A stretch of DNA of 64,000 nt from Bdellovibrio sp. (GCA_020725805.1 DYEF01000023.1:20783-84782), one strand, 5' to 3'; numbered from the stretch's first letter, positions 38,721 through 49,073 are shown. Notes: generated by a model from the sequence alone, not told the origin. A program made the numbers and translations.

Positions 38721-41378
38721 ATGCTTATTCACGAACCTTACAAGATCAAATCAGTCAGAAATATTCCATTCACCACCTATAATGAGAGAAAGAGAATCCT
38801 GAGAGAGCATTTTTACAATACAACGTTAATTCCCGCCGATAAAGTAACATTCGATATGGCCACACAGGGAACATCTGCAATGTCTCAGGAACAGGTAGCC
38901 GCACTCTTTGTTGGAGATGAGGCCTATGCAGGGGCTGTAAATTTCTATCATCTGGAGAATGCAGTAAGAGATGTCTTCGGACTTAAAAACATATGCCCCA
39001 CACACAACAGATTCGGTAACATTAAGCTGCTGACCTCGATCATGGTCAAAAGCGGAAAATCGGCCTTCTCGAACATAAGACAGCCAAAGGAAATAGTCGA
39101 ATACTACAAGGGCCGCTTCGTCCAGATATCCTCAAGGGAGGAGAACGGTTTCTCTATACTGGATGTGTCAGAGGTCAAAAAAGCAAAGAAAGACGAGACC
39201 GCCTACATATTCATAGACCTGAGAAGCGATGAGGGGAGACCGGTCTGCCCGTCCTGCCTTAATGAGATTGCACATTTTTCGAAAGACTCGGGTATCCCGC
39301 TGATTATCGACTGTTCGAACATCGTCCTCTGGGCAAACAGGGTAAAGAATGTCGCAAAAGACTATTCATCGAAGAGAATCTCCGAAATTATTAAGGAGGT
39401 CTCCGCTCTCGCAACAACTGTGGCATTCGACGCCGGACAGGATGCGATGAGTAATGTCGGAGGATTTCTTGCAACAAACGACCCGAAGCATCACGAGGCC
39501 CATCAGAACGAAGTCGTAATATATGAGGGGCTGCACACCTACGGAGGTATGGCCGGAAGGACAATGGAAGTAGTCGCTGTCGGGCTGAGGGATATGACCG
39601 ATGAAAACAATGCAGTTTGGTACCAGCAGCAGATCGACCTCTTATCGGAAATTCTCTCCAAAGAGAGAGTACCTCACTATAAGGGACTGGACGGCGTATA
39701 CCTCTGTGCGGACAAGTTCCTCAGCCACCTCAGGGAGAACAGGACCCACACACTGGCAACTGCAATCTATCTGAAATCCGGGGTAAGGGCATATCTTGGA
39801 GGCAGATATATACCGTCCGAGATTCTGCCCGTTCAGATTCCGAGAAGGGCACTTTTAAACAGACAGGTCGTTCAGATCGCAGAGGCAATATGCGAACTCT
39901 TCAGAGAGGCCGCTCAGATACCGGCGCTCGTTCTGACCAACAGACCCGAATATCACAACGAGGCTGTATTCGACTGGCTCATACCGGTTATCAGGCCTTA
40001 CGAATTCGAATGCGAACCTTATACGGTCCACGCAATCGAGAAGATTGCAATGAAGAGCGTGGAGGAGAGACGAAAGGCGGCAGAAGAGGCAGGTTACAAT
40101 ACATTTCTCCTTAAAATGGAGGATGTGACAATCGACCTGCTCACAGACTCCGGAACGGCAGCTATGAGTGTAGAGCAGTGGAAGGCTTACCTCGGCGCCA
40201 TAGAGACACCAAACACATCTGATGCCTATATCGACCTTGTCAGAACCGCACAGAAGGTATACGGTTACAAACATATTATCCTTACCCATCAGGGCAGAGC
40301 AGCAGAACACATAATGTCCCAGATGTTTATCAGACCGGGTGACTACGTGCCCGGCAATATGTACTTCACGACCACCAAGCAGCATCAGGAGATGGCAGGC
40401 GGAATTTTCGTGGACGTAATCGTCGATGAGGCAAACGATACAGACTCAGACTTCGAATGGAAGGGAAATGTGGACCTGAAAAAACTCTCGGACCTCTACG
40501 ATAAGGCAAAATCCGAAGGCAAAAAGCTTGCATACATCTCATTCGAATTCAATGTAAATCTTGCAGGCGGACAACCGGTCTCGATGGACAATATGAAGGA
40601 GGTCTATGAATTCTGCAAACCGAGAGGAATCCCGGTATTCTTCGATGCGACGAGATGCTCTGAAAATGCGATATTCATCAAGCAGAGGGACCCGAGATAC
40701 AGGGATGCAAGCATCGGGGATATACTTCTCGAGATGTTCAGTTACGGCGACGGTGCCACCATTTCAGCCAAAAAGGATATGCTCACAAACCTCTCGGGAG
40801 CACTCCTCTTCAGGGATAACGAAGAGTGGTACAGAGAGGCTCTCAGGATGCTGCAGATATTCGAAGGAGGTCATTCAAGCGGCGGTACATCTGCAGGAGA
40901 TATGGCAACACACGCACAGGGATTGAGAGAGATGGTCGATGAAAGATATCTCAAGGCAAGGGTCGAACAGGCGAGATATCTGGGCAAACTCCTGATCGAT
41001 GCGGGTATTCCGATTGTAATGCCTCCGGGAGGCCATGCGGTATTCCTCGATGCGAAGAAATTCCTCCCTCACCTCGACCAGGACCAGTTTCCGGCACAGA
41101 CGCTCGCGGCACACATATTTATCGAGACCGGAGTCCGGGCAATGGAGAGGGGAAACGTAAGCAAGGGAAGGGACCCGAAGACGGGAAAGAATTACAGACC
41201 CAAACTCGAGCTCGTTAGACTTACAATACCCAGAAGGGTATACTCACTCGACCATATGAAGGCTGTTGCAGAGGGAATCATCAGACTATACAGGAAGCGC
41301 GATTCCATAAGGGGACTCGAATTTACATACGAACCGAAGGCACTCAGATTCTTCCAGTCCAGATTCAGACTCATTTGA
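38721..41378 (+). CDS. tandem-fused beta-eliminating lyase (tyrosine phenol-lyase-like), degenerate N-terminal copy plus intact C-terminal copy (885 aa)
   Basis: The C-terminal half carries TPL-like blocks (ILTHQGRAAEH, PGNMYFTTT, NVNLAGGQPVSM, PLP lysine in TISAKKDMLTNLSGALL, IRGLEFTYEPKALRFF). The N-terminal half aligns to the same fold (GDEAYAGAVNFYHLENAVRDVFG), but the lysine position reads FDAGQDAMSNVGGFLA and the PTHQGRAAE motif is PTHNRFGN. Confidence 0.8.
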   Translation: MLIHEPYKIKSVRNIPFTTYNERKRILREHFYNTTLIPADKVTFDMATQGTSAMSQEQVAALFVGDEAYAGAVNFYHLENAVRDVFGLKNICPTHNRFGNIKLLTSIMVKSGKSAFSNIRQPKEIVEYYKGRFVQISSREENGFSILDVSEVKKAKKDETAYIFIDLRSDEGRPVCPSCLNEIAHFSKDSGIPLIIDCSNIVLWANRVKNVAKDYSSKRISEIIKEVSALATTVAFDAGQDAMSNVGGFLATNDPKHHEAHQNEVVIYEGLHTYGGMAGRTMEVVAVGLRDMTDENNAVWYQQQIDLLSEILSKERVPHYKGLDGVYLCADKFLSHLRENRTHTLATAIYLKSGVRAYLGGRYIPSEILPVQIPRRALLNRQVVQIAEAICELFREAAQIPALVLTNRPEYHNEAVFDWLIPVIRPYEFECEPYTVHAIEKIAMKSVEERRKAAEEAGYNTFLLKMEDVTIDLLTDSGTAAMSVEQWKAYLGAIETPNTSDAYIDLVRTAQKVYGYKHIILTHQGRAAEHIMSQMFIRPGDYVPGNMYFTTTKQHQEMAGGIFVDVIVDEANDTDSDFEWKGNVDLKKLSDLYDKAKSEGKKLAYISFEFNVNLAGGQPVSMDNMKEVYEFCKPRGIPVFFDATRCSENAIFIKQRDPRYRDASIGDILLEMFSYGDGATISAKKDMLTNLSGALLFRDNEEWYREALRMLQIFEGGHSSGGTSAGDMATHAQGLREMVDERYLKARVEQARYLGKLLIDAGIPIVMPPGGHAVFLDAKKFLPHLDQDQFPAQTLAAHIFIETGVRAMERGNVSKGRDPKTGKNYRPKLELVRLTIPRRVYSLDHMKAVAEGIIRLYRKRDSIRGLEFTYEPKALRFFQSRFRLI

Positions 41379-41626
41379 GAGTCAGTCTTATTACGGATTT
41401 CTGTATATACATAGAGTTGCTTGCCGGTAAAATGCTCTGCAACAAAGTCCTTACAGGCTATTCAGCCGGTTTTCGCAAACTGTGCATTGTAAAATTCGTA
41501 TACTTAATTTTTTATTGACACCGAAATGAATAATGGTAGTATTAGCCCGTTAACTTTATATTTTTTTGAGTAATGATGAGCATTTTTCTGAATTTAATTA
41601 ATAATTTTATTACGAAGGGAGCAGAG

Positions 41627-43225
41627 ATGAACAAGGCAAGATTTTTTGTGCTTTTTCTGGGAATTTTTATCTTTACAGGACTTCTTGTCAGCTGTGTAAG
41701 TGACAAGGAGGCAAGCAAATTCGTGGAGAAACTCGAGAAGAAACCGGGAGAAGGGAAACCTGCGTCATACTGGGTTAAAAAGCTGACCGATGTTCAGCTC
41801 AAACCGGATGCCGTAAAAGCACTTATGGAACTCAAGGACAAGAGCGTTATTCCGCAGCTCACGGAACTCTTCAAAAAGGACAGGTCGCTCAGAGCCGACA
41901 TTGCCGAGATTCTCGGTATGCTCGGAGAGAAGAGCACAGCCCCTGTACTTCTTGAAGGACTGGTCTTCGAGGTTTCCAACAATATTCAGGAACAGAGAGA
42001 GAATGACAGAATCAACGAGAAGATTCTCGGCGCCCTCGCTGCTATGCAGGAAGAGTCGGCAAAGCCGGCCGTAATCAAGCTTCTCTCATCCACCTCTGCA
42101 CCGGTTCTCGCCGCCGCAGTCAGGGCCGAAAAGGTCTTCAAGGATAAAAACGCCGTCGACGCCCTCATTGCAATTATCAGGAATGACAATCTTTCAAAGG
42201 CTATAAGGGCCGATGCAATTTATGTTCTGGGTGAAATCGGCGACCCGAAGGCCGTTCCTGCACTCGTCAGGGCAATGTACATCGAGAGACAGGGTACCGT
42301 TTACCCTGAGGCAAACGAGGCACTTCAGAAAATCGGCAAAGCCGCCGTTCCTGAACTCGTAAAGACATTTCTGGGTAAGAATGAAGAGGTCAGGCAGCTC
42401 GCCGAAAAATCCAACTTCGTCGTAGGTGCAATCGAGGGGAAGGCCGCAGAGACACTCGGCGACATCTGTGACCTCTCTGCAGAGGACGCACTCTTAAAGA
42501 TGGTTAAATCGGACGAGGACAATCCCATTGCCAAATCCAAGGCCGCCTTTGCGCTCGGAAGGATGCAGTCCAAGAAGGCAGCACCCGTTATGGCAAAACT
42601 TGCAGAAGATGAAGAAGACCCCTCGGTAAGGGCCCATTACCTCCTTGCAATAAATCTCATCGGTGATACTTCCGTTATACCGTCACTCGTGAAGGGTGCA
42701 AAAAAGCCGGACCTCGACAAGTATAAGAAGGAAGGGGCAACACAGCAGGAACTCGACATCCTCAGAAAAGGAAGGGAAGAGGTAGTAAAGACAATAGCAA
42801 GGCTCGCCACCGACAAGGATGCAGCTCATTACGATAAGGTTATGAAGGAAGAGAAGAATCCGGAAATCAGCAAGGTAATAAAGGAATATTCCGTGATGAT
42901 CGATGTCGCAAAGGAATGCAAGGGTGATTTTGCCTGTTACAAAGGAAAGCTCTCCGACACAAACAAGGTTGTAAGAGAGAAGGCCGCATATATGATCGGA
43001 AGAATAGATTCTGAAGAGGCGGTCAATACCCTGATAGACCTGCTCGGGACAGAGAAGGACAACGATGTAAAATTTGCTGTCCTGCAGGGCCTGTTCAATT
43101 TCTCGGGCAAATATTACAAGACAATGCTGCCGAAGATCGAGGCAAAGGTAGCTGAGCTCAAGGATGATATTCTCAAAAACGACCTGAACAGACTTCTGCT
43201 CAGATTAAAAAGCTTGAACAGATAG
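41627..43225 (+). CDS. HEAT-repeat (PBS-lyase-type) lipoprotein
   Basis: Start set at MNKARFFVLFLGIFIFTGLLVSC (ATG 41627, lipobox). Repeated AxxALGxIGDPxAVPAL-type units. Confidence 0.7.
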   Translation: MNKARFFVLFLGIFIFTGLLVSCVSDKEASKFVEKLEKKPGEGKPASYWVKKLTDVQLKPDAVKALMELKDKSVIPQLTELFKKDRSLRADIAEILGMLGEKSTAPVLLEGLVFEVSNNIQEQRENDRINEKILGALAAMQEESAKPAVIKLLSSTSAPVLAAAVRAEKVFKDKNAVDALIAIIRNDNLSKAIRADAIYVLGEIGDPKAVPALVRAMYIERQGTVYPEANEALQKIGKAAVPELVKTFLGKNEEVRQLAEKSNFVVGAIEGKAAETLGDICDLSAEDALLKMVKSDEDNPIAKSKAAFALGRMQSKKAAPVMAKLAEDEEDPSVRAHYLLAINLIGDTSVIPSLVKGAKKPDLDKYKKEGATQQELDILRKGREEVVKTIARLATDKDAAHYDKVMKEEKNPEISKVIKEYSVMIDVAKECKGDFACYKGKLSDTNKVVREKAAYMIGRIDSEEAVNTLIDLLGTEKDNDVKFAVLQGLFNFSGKYYKTMLPKIEAKVAELKDDILKNDLNRLLLRLKSLNR

Positions 43226-43296
43226 AAAAAATATTGTAAATATACATTTTTTTGGTGCCTGCAGCATCCTGCGCGGGACACAGAAAGGAATGTCAA

Positions 43297-43683
43297 ATGT
43301 TTATCAGAATGCTCAAATCGAAGATTCACAGGGCGGTTGTATCGGAGACAAATCTCCATTACGAGGGGAGCGTCACAATCGATACCACTCTTATGAGTGA
43401 GGCCGGAATCCTCCCCTACGAAGAAATTTCTGTCTGGAATATCACGAGCGGCGAGCGTTTCAATACCTATGCCGTCCCCGGCAGAGAGAATACCGGTGAG
43501 ATTATCGTCAACGGTGCAGCGGCACACAAGGCAAGAAAAGGCGATATCATAATCATAGCAACATTTGCATATATGGAGCCTTCTCAGGCCGCCGCACACA
43601 GACCGGTGGTTCTGCTTGTCGACAAAAGCAACCGTATCACGAAAAAGTATTCCGAGGTAGAATACAGATCAGTAGTGATATAA
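43297..43683 (+). CDS. panD: aspartate 1-decarboxylase (pyruvoyl-dependent)
   Basis: Start set at MFIRMLKSKIHRAVV. The EGSVTID Gly-Ser self-cleavage site is present, as is the conserved YAVPG. Confidence 0.85.
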   Translation: MFIRMLKSKIHRAVVSETNLHYEGSVTIDTTLMSEAGILPYEEISVWNITSGERFNTYAVPGRENTGEIIVNGAAAHKARKGDIIIIATFAYMEPSQAAAHRPVVLLVDKSNRITKKYSEVEYRSVVI

Positions 43684-43821
43684 TCTCACAATCAGGTGAT
43701 TACGGGACTCGGTATTCCGTGGTTTTTGCCCGGTATTATTTTTATTATTATTATTTCAAATTGTTGACTCTTTTACTCCTTTATGATAACAGAACCATAA
43801 TTTCCTTATAGGAGTTGAGTG

Positions 43822-45351
43822 ATGAGAAAGAAAAGTGTCCTTTATGCAGCATTGTTCCTGTTATTATTATCATCTGCTGTCTCTGGAGCCCAGTTCAACA
43901 AGGTTCTGATATTTCCATATCAGCCGGTATATCAGTCAGTGACTCCCGAGGTGGCAAATCAGTTTACGGAACTTCTGACAAACGAGATGAAGAATGCAGA
44001 CTCCCTGCAGGCAGTCGAGGGCCCGAAACTGGTTACCAAGAAAAAGGCCGGACTATCCGAACCGAACATAGACAGGGACGCCATAGCAAAGGGTACCGAG
44101 AAGGCAAAGGTCGGAATCGAGGAGATAAAAAACCAGGAATTCGAGAAAGCAATAAAACCTCTCAAGGACGCGATTCAGATTCTCGAAAAGAATCTTCTCT
44201 ACCTTGAAGACACCTCGGTCCTTACAGACGCATATCTGGCACTCTCCGTTGCATACTTCGGGACAGGTATGGAGGACGAGGGAGAGACCTATATAAGAAA
44301 ATCCCTCAGACTGGACCCTTACAAGGAGATCGATACAACACAGTATCCCCCGCTCTATCTCAGAATCTATGACGGAATCCGTAAACAGACCTATCAGTTG
44401 CCAAGGGGAATGATAAGGGTGACATCGAATCCTTCGGGTGCCGTGATTTTTGTAGACGGAAAACAGGTTGGAACTACTCCGGCATTGCTGAAGGAGGCAA
44501 TAAAAGGCGAACATTATATAAGAGTCGAGCGGTCCGGAGAGGTCCCGTATTACAAGAAAGTAAATGTTCTTCCCAATCAGACCGTAGAGATAAATGTGGA
44601 TTTTTCGGGAGAGGAGGAAGGCGGGGCAGGACCGGAATATACAGCTGCAAATCAGCTCAAGAACAACCGTATTGACTCTTCCACCAGAGAGGCACTCGTT
44701 CAGGTAGCCAACAAACAACAGGCGGATTATGTACTCTTTGGCGGCATCATAAAGGTCGAGAACAACTATCAGATCAACTCCTTCTTTATGAAGGTCAAGA
44801 CCACCGAAGTCGTCCAGACTATGACTCTGACGATAGACGTCGATATGCTTGGAGCATCTATCGAGATCTACAAACTCGTAGAGGAACTAACAAAGAAGAT
44901 AGAGAGTTTCCCCGAGAGTATAAAACAGAGCGTAATTCTCCTCTATCCCGGAATTATGAAGAAGACAGAGAAGATTCAGGAGATTGTCATCGGTCCGGTG
45001 GGAGCACCCCAGCCACTCTACACAGGTCCTGCAAAGGAGGAGGAACCTCAGCCTCCGGTCGTAAAGGAAGAGCCCAAGAAGGAAGAGAAAAAGACGGCTC
45101 AAGTCGTTCCTGATGTCAAAAAGACCGGAGACAGCGGCGGCGGAATAGATATAGGCAAGGGGAGAACCCTCAAACAGAAGGGTCAGATAGACTCCTCTGT
45201 CGTCATCGTCGAGAAACCTGTAAAATGGTATGAGAGCCCGTGGTTCTGGACAGCTGTAGGTGTTGCAGTGGTAGGAGCAGGAGTCGGGACATATCTGTAT
45301 ATTTCCAGCATCGAGCCGGACAGAGGCAGAATTTCCGTTACACTCCCATAA
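43822..45351 (+). CDS. secreted PEGA-domain protein with TPR-like region and C-terminal TM anchor
   Basis: Signal peptide; PEGA-like block IRVTSNPSGAVIFVDGKQVGTTP; a Pro/Glu/Lys-rich linker and a C-terminal hydrophobic helix. ATG 43822 has AGGAG 7 nt upstream. Confidence 0.6.
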   Translation: MRKKSVLYAALFLLLLSSAVSGAQFNKVLIFPYQPVYQSVTPEVANQFTELLTNEMKNADSLQAVEGPKLVTKKKAGLSEPNIDRDAIAKGTEKAKVGIEEIKNQEFEKAIKPLKDAIQILEKNLLYLEDTSVLTDAYLALSVAYFGTGMEDEGETYIRKSLRLDPYKEIDTTQYPPLYLRIYDGIRKQTYQLPRGMIRVTSNPSGAVIFVDGKQVGTTPALLKEAIKGEHYIRVERSGEVPYYKKVNVLPNQTVEINVDFSGEEEGGAGPEYTAANQLKNNRIDSSTREALVQVANKQQADYVLFGGIIKVENNYQINSFFMKVKTTEVVQTMTLTIDVDMLGASIEIYKLVEELTKKIESFPESIKQSVILLYPGIMKKTEKIQEIVIGPVGAPQPLYTGPAKEEEPQPPVVKEEPKKEEKKTAQVVPDVKKTGDSGGGIDIGKGRTLKQKGQIDSSVVIVEKPVKWYESPWFWTAVGVAVVGAGVGTYLYISSIEPDRGRISVTLP

Positions 45352-45372
45352 ACAAGACAAGGAGAGAGATAT

Positions 45373-47160
45373 ATGTTTACCAGAGGCAAGATAATAATTT
45401 CGGTTTTAATCCTTTCGGCACTTATCGCAGGCTGCCCTGAGGATAAAATCTCAATAGGCATTACCCTCGTACCACCCTGTGTCTCAGAGAGCAAAAACTT
45501 CAAGAATCCGACGGAGAAAATGTCGGAGATATCGATTGTGGCAACAACAGAAGAGCCGGGGACATCACCCGCTGTAATTACAAGTGCCAGATTTCCTTAC
45601 GAGAGCGGAGGGAAGGGCGTCTTTGATATTCCCCTCTCCAAAAACGTACGCCTTGTCGTAGAAGGGTTCGACGAAAACGGCAATATGGTCCTGAGAGGGG
45701 CCTCCCAGCTCTTCGATGTTACAACGAGTTCACCTACAACCATAAAGATTCCGATATTCATCGCGGGGACGGATGCCTTCTCCCAGACCACTGATTTTGC
45801 AACACAGGAGTGCAGCGTTCTGGATACCGGATTACAGGGAGCAACTGTTACTCCCCTTCCGAACGGAGATGTCCTGATAGCCGGAGGAGTCAGTATAAGC
45901 GGTACCTCCAAATTCTATTCTGCCAGTCTGATTCTTTACAACTCTCAGAAGGGTACATTCGAAGAGATTCAGGTAGACGAACAGATAAGCGAATTCGGCA
46001 AAAGGGCATACCACACCGCTACACTCTACAACAAAGGAACGAAGGAAAAACCCGAGTGGAAGGTACTGATTGCGGGCGGTGAGACTTTTATCAATGGTGT
46101 GGCATCCTCAGTCGCAACCGCCCAGCTCTACGATGTTCAGAGCAAGAAGGTCGAGTTTCTGACGAGCACAATGGAAGAAGGCAGAATGTACCACACGGCC
46201 ACCCTTATGCAAAACGGAAAGATTATTATAATAGGCGGTGAAAACAAGGTAAACGGGAAGGTCGAGGCATATCTGGACACGGTAGAAATCTTCGACACAC
46301 AGGAAGAGACATTCTCAAAACTATCCGGCAAGGATTACCACAAGATGGCAAATGCGAGGTCCAGACATACAGCCACCTATCTTCCTCTTAGATACAATAC
46401 AGTGGAAGGAGAACCGGTATCCGGATTCGACAAGATACTCGTTGCAGGCGGAATCAAGAAGGTAGGAACACAGCTCTACATCAATGACGAGATGGAGATA
46501 TTCGGCTGTGCAAATGCGACCTGCACCGACTACAGATTCGATGTAATAAGGAAGAAAGACAACACCTCTCTCAAGATGAACAAGAAGAGATACGGACATC
46601 AGGCAGTTGCGGTTATGACAGGGGCTGACCCGATTGGCGAAGGTGACGAGGAATTTCACAATTTCTATATCGCCTTTATGGGCGGTTATACCTGCATAGG
46701 CTTTGACAGGTGTGCAGGAAGTACATCACAGGACTGTCAGTGTCCCGATAGTGACGTTTTCAAAAGCATAACGACGAGCATCGAGATACTCGACCCCACC
46801 AATTCGGACGGTCCGCAGTTCAAGAATCTGACGGATATGAATGTTGCAAGGGCTGATTTCGGGGCAGCAGCAATTGACCGCGAAAACGACAACGTTGTGA
46901 TTTTCGGAGGTTACGGGACTGCACAGGGGACGATATCCGATGTGGTCGAGGTTATGACCATAAGCAGCAAAAAAGGCATTGCAAAACCACGTTATGCCAC
47001 AAACAAGATTCTCTTTCCGAGAGCCGATTTCGGATTCGGAGTTATGCCGGCAGGAGAGATATTTATAGCAGGCGGTGAAAACGGAAAAGCCGGAGGCAAT
47101 AAGGCATCACTTCAGACTGTCGAGATATTCGTTCCGTCACTCGCCCCGCTGAGTGAATGA
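45373..47160 (+). CDS. Kelch-repeat (beta-propeller) lipoprotein
   Basis: Lipobox LIAGCPE. Repeated YHTATL...IAGG and similar Kelch-like units. Confidence 0.7.
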   Translation: MFTRGKIIISVLILSALIAGCPEDKISIGITLVPPCVSESKNFKNPTEKMSEISIVATTEEPGTSPAVITSARFPYESGGKGVFDIPLSKNVRLVVEGFDENGNMVLRGASQLFDVTTSSPTTIKIPIFIAGTDAFSQTTDFATQECSVLDTGLQGATVTPLPNGDVLIAGGVSISGTSKFYSASLILYNSQKGTFEEIQVDEQISEFGKRAYHTATLYNKGTKEKPEWKVLIAGGETFINGVASSVATAQLYDVQSKKVEFLTSTMEEGRMYHTATLMQNGKIIIIGGENKVNGKVEAYLDTVEIFDTQEETFSKLSGKDYHKMANARSRHTATYLPLRYNTVEGEPVSGFDKILVAGGIKKVGTQLYINDEMEIFGCANATCTDYRFDVIRKKDNTSLKMNKKRYGHQAVAVMTGADPIGEGDEEFHNFYIAFMGGYTCIGFDRCAGSTSQDCQCPDSDVFKSITTSIEILDPTNSDGPQFKNLTDMNVARADFGAAAIDRENDNVVIFGGYGTAQGTISDVVEVMTISSKKGIAKPRYATNKILFPRADFGFGVMPAGEIFIAGGENGKAGGNKASLQTVEIFVPSLAPLSE

Positions 47161-47184
47161 TAAATACTGCAAGGAGAAAAGTCT

Positions 47185-48081
47185 GTGAAAAGCATATATG
47201 AAATGATAGGGAATACCCCGCTCATTAAATTTCTCTCGGAAAAGCGTAAACACCTTTTTGCAAAGGCCGAATTTCTGAACCCGGGAGGCTCGATTAAGGA
47301 CAGAGTCGCTCTTGCAATGATAGAGGACGCAGAGAAAAAAGGCATACTCAAACCGGACTCAATCATAGCAGAGGCAACCTCCGGCAATACCGGAATCGGG
47401 ATCGCACTCGTCGGAAGGATAAAGGGATACAGGGTGATAATAGTAATGCCGGAGAATATGAGCGAAGAGCGAAAGAAGATAATCAGGGCACTGGGAGCAG
47501 AACTCATTCTTACTCCCGCAGAGAAGAGCATTCAGGGCTCGGTCGATTACCTCAACGGTCTTAAAGGTTCCGATGAACGGATCTGGATAGCCGGACAATT
47601 TACAAATCCGGCAAATCCTCTCTGTCACTACAACCATACGGCAAAGGAGATATGGGCACAGACAGGCGGTAAAGTCGATGCCTTTGTTGCAGGCGTAGGT
47701 TCGGGAGGAACACTGCAGGGGGTCGGCAGATTTCTGAAGGAAAAGAACAAAAAGATAAAACTCATTGCTGTTGAGCCAGCAAATGCATCCGCGCTGCTGG
47801 GTCATGAACCCGGTCTTCATCAGATTCAGGGTATCGGCGACGGATTTATACCTGCCGTGCTGGATACCAAACTTATCGACGAGGTTATCACTGTTACTGA
47901 CGAAGAGGCAATAGAGACAACCCGTATGCTCGCAAGGGAAGAGGGACTGCTGGTCGGCACATCATCAGGGGCGAATATGTTTGCCGCAATCCGCATCTCT
48001 CGTGGTTACGGTGAAGGATTTAATGTGGTCACCGTCCTGCCGGACAGAGCGGAGAGATATTTTTCAACTGCCCTCATCTGA
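47185..48081 (+). CDS. cysK: cysteine synthase paralogue (CysK/CysM family), GTG start
   Basis: VKSIYEMIGNTPLIKF, SIKDRVA, ATSGNTGIGIA, GVGSGGTLQG. Confidence 0.85.
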   Translation: MKSIYEMIGNTPLIKFLSEKRKHLFAKAEFLNPGGSIKDRVALAMIEDAEKKGILKPDSIIAEATSGNTGIGIALVGRIKGYRVIIVMPENMSEERKKIIRALGAELILTPAEKSIQGSVDYLNGLKGSDERIWIAGQFTNPANPLCHYNHTAKEIWAQTGGKVDAFVAGVGSGGTLQGVGRFLKEKNKKIKLIAVEPANASALLGHEPGLHQIQGIGDGFIPAVLDTKLIDEVITVTDEEAIETTRMLAREEGLLVGTSSGANMFAAIRISRGYGEGFNVVTVLPDRAERYFSTALI

Positions 48082-48086
48082 GATAA

Positions 48087-49073
48087 GTGAGTCCCGATAT
48101 ATTCAAAGAAAAGAACGTCATTAAAATTGCAGCCAATTATCCCGAACTGAGGGTCGAGAAACCGAATATATACCTTATCAGAAAATCCTTTGGCTATGTT
48201 ATGATAGACTGCGGCGGTTTTGACACAGAGAAGGACTTCGAAGGACTATGTAATGAATTACACACAAGAAATATCAGAGCTCAGGAGATAAAATATATAT
48301 TCCTTACACATACCCACAAAGACCATTCTTTGCTGTGTGGCAGGCTCCAGAAACTTGCCGGTTCTACGGTATTAGTCGGCAAGGAAGACATTCTCAGGAT
48401 TTCTGATAGCAGCTCGGAATACAGGGAGAGATACCAAAAGGTAACCGATTACCTCTCTTTCTGGGGATTTGACAACGATATGAAAGAGCGATTCTTCAGG
48501 TCGTTTGAAAGGCAGTATCACAATGCTGCTCTCGATCCGAAAAAGACCATACTGGCGGAGAAGGATACAGAGATTGAGTCTTTCAGAGTAATTTTTTCGC
48601 CGGGACACACAGCGGGTTCAGTCTGCATCTTTGATAATGAAACCGGAATACTCTTTACCGGAGATACCCTGTTGAAGAAGATAGTCTCCGTCCCCGTAAT
48701 CGAATACGACATCGATGCACCCAAAGGTCTCTCTCTTCTTACAAGACATACCGATACTCTCAGGAGACTTTCGGAAATAGGCTATGAGTATATTTTTCCC
48801 GGACACGGAGAACCAGTTATTAACACAACCCCTGTTATCAGCACGATTTTTTCATATATTGCGCGCAGAAGCAAACGAATACTTTCTCTCATCCATGAAG
48901 GGAGAAAGACAGTTTACAGTATTGCAGAGGCTCTCTATTCAAAGGATACCTTAAAAGACGTTGTTTACAGGGAGGGACCGCTCGTCTACGTCTCCGACCT
49001 GATGATGCCGCTTGAGAACCTGCTCAAGGAGAACAGAATCACGGTAACAAACGGTATTATATCGGCCGAATGA
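48087..49073 (+). CDS. MBL-fold metallo-hydrolase
   Basis: HxHxDH motif in LTHTHKDHS. Sits immediately downstream of the cysK paralogue. Confidence 0.7.
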   Translation: MSPDIFKEKNVIKIAANYPELRVEKPNIYLIRKSFGYVMIDCGGFDTEKDFEGLCNELHTRNIRAQEIKYIFLTHTHKDHSLLCGRLQKLAGSTVLVGKEDILRISDSSSEYRERYQKVTDYLSFWGFDNDMKERFFRSFERQYHNAALDPKKTILAEKDTEIESFRVIFSPGHTAGSVCIFDNETGILFTGDTLLKKIVSVPVIEYDIDAPKGLSLLTRHTDTLRRLSEIGYEYIFPGHGEPVINTTPVISTIFSYIARRSKRILSLIHEGRKTVYSIAEALYSKDTLKDVVYREGPLVYVSDLMMPLENLLKENRITVTNGIISAE

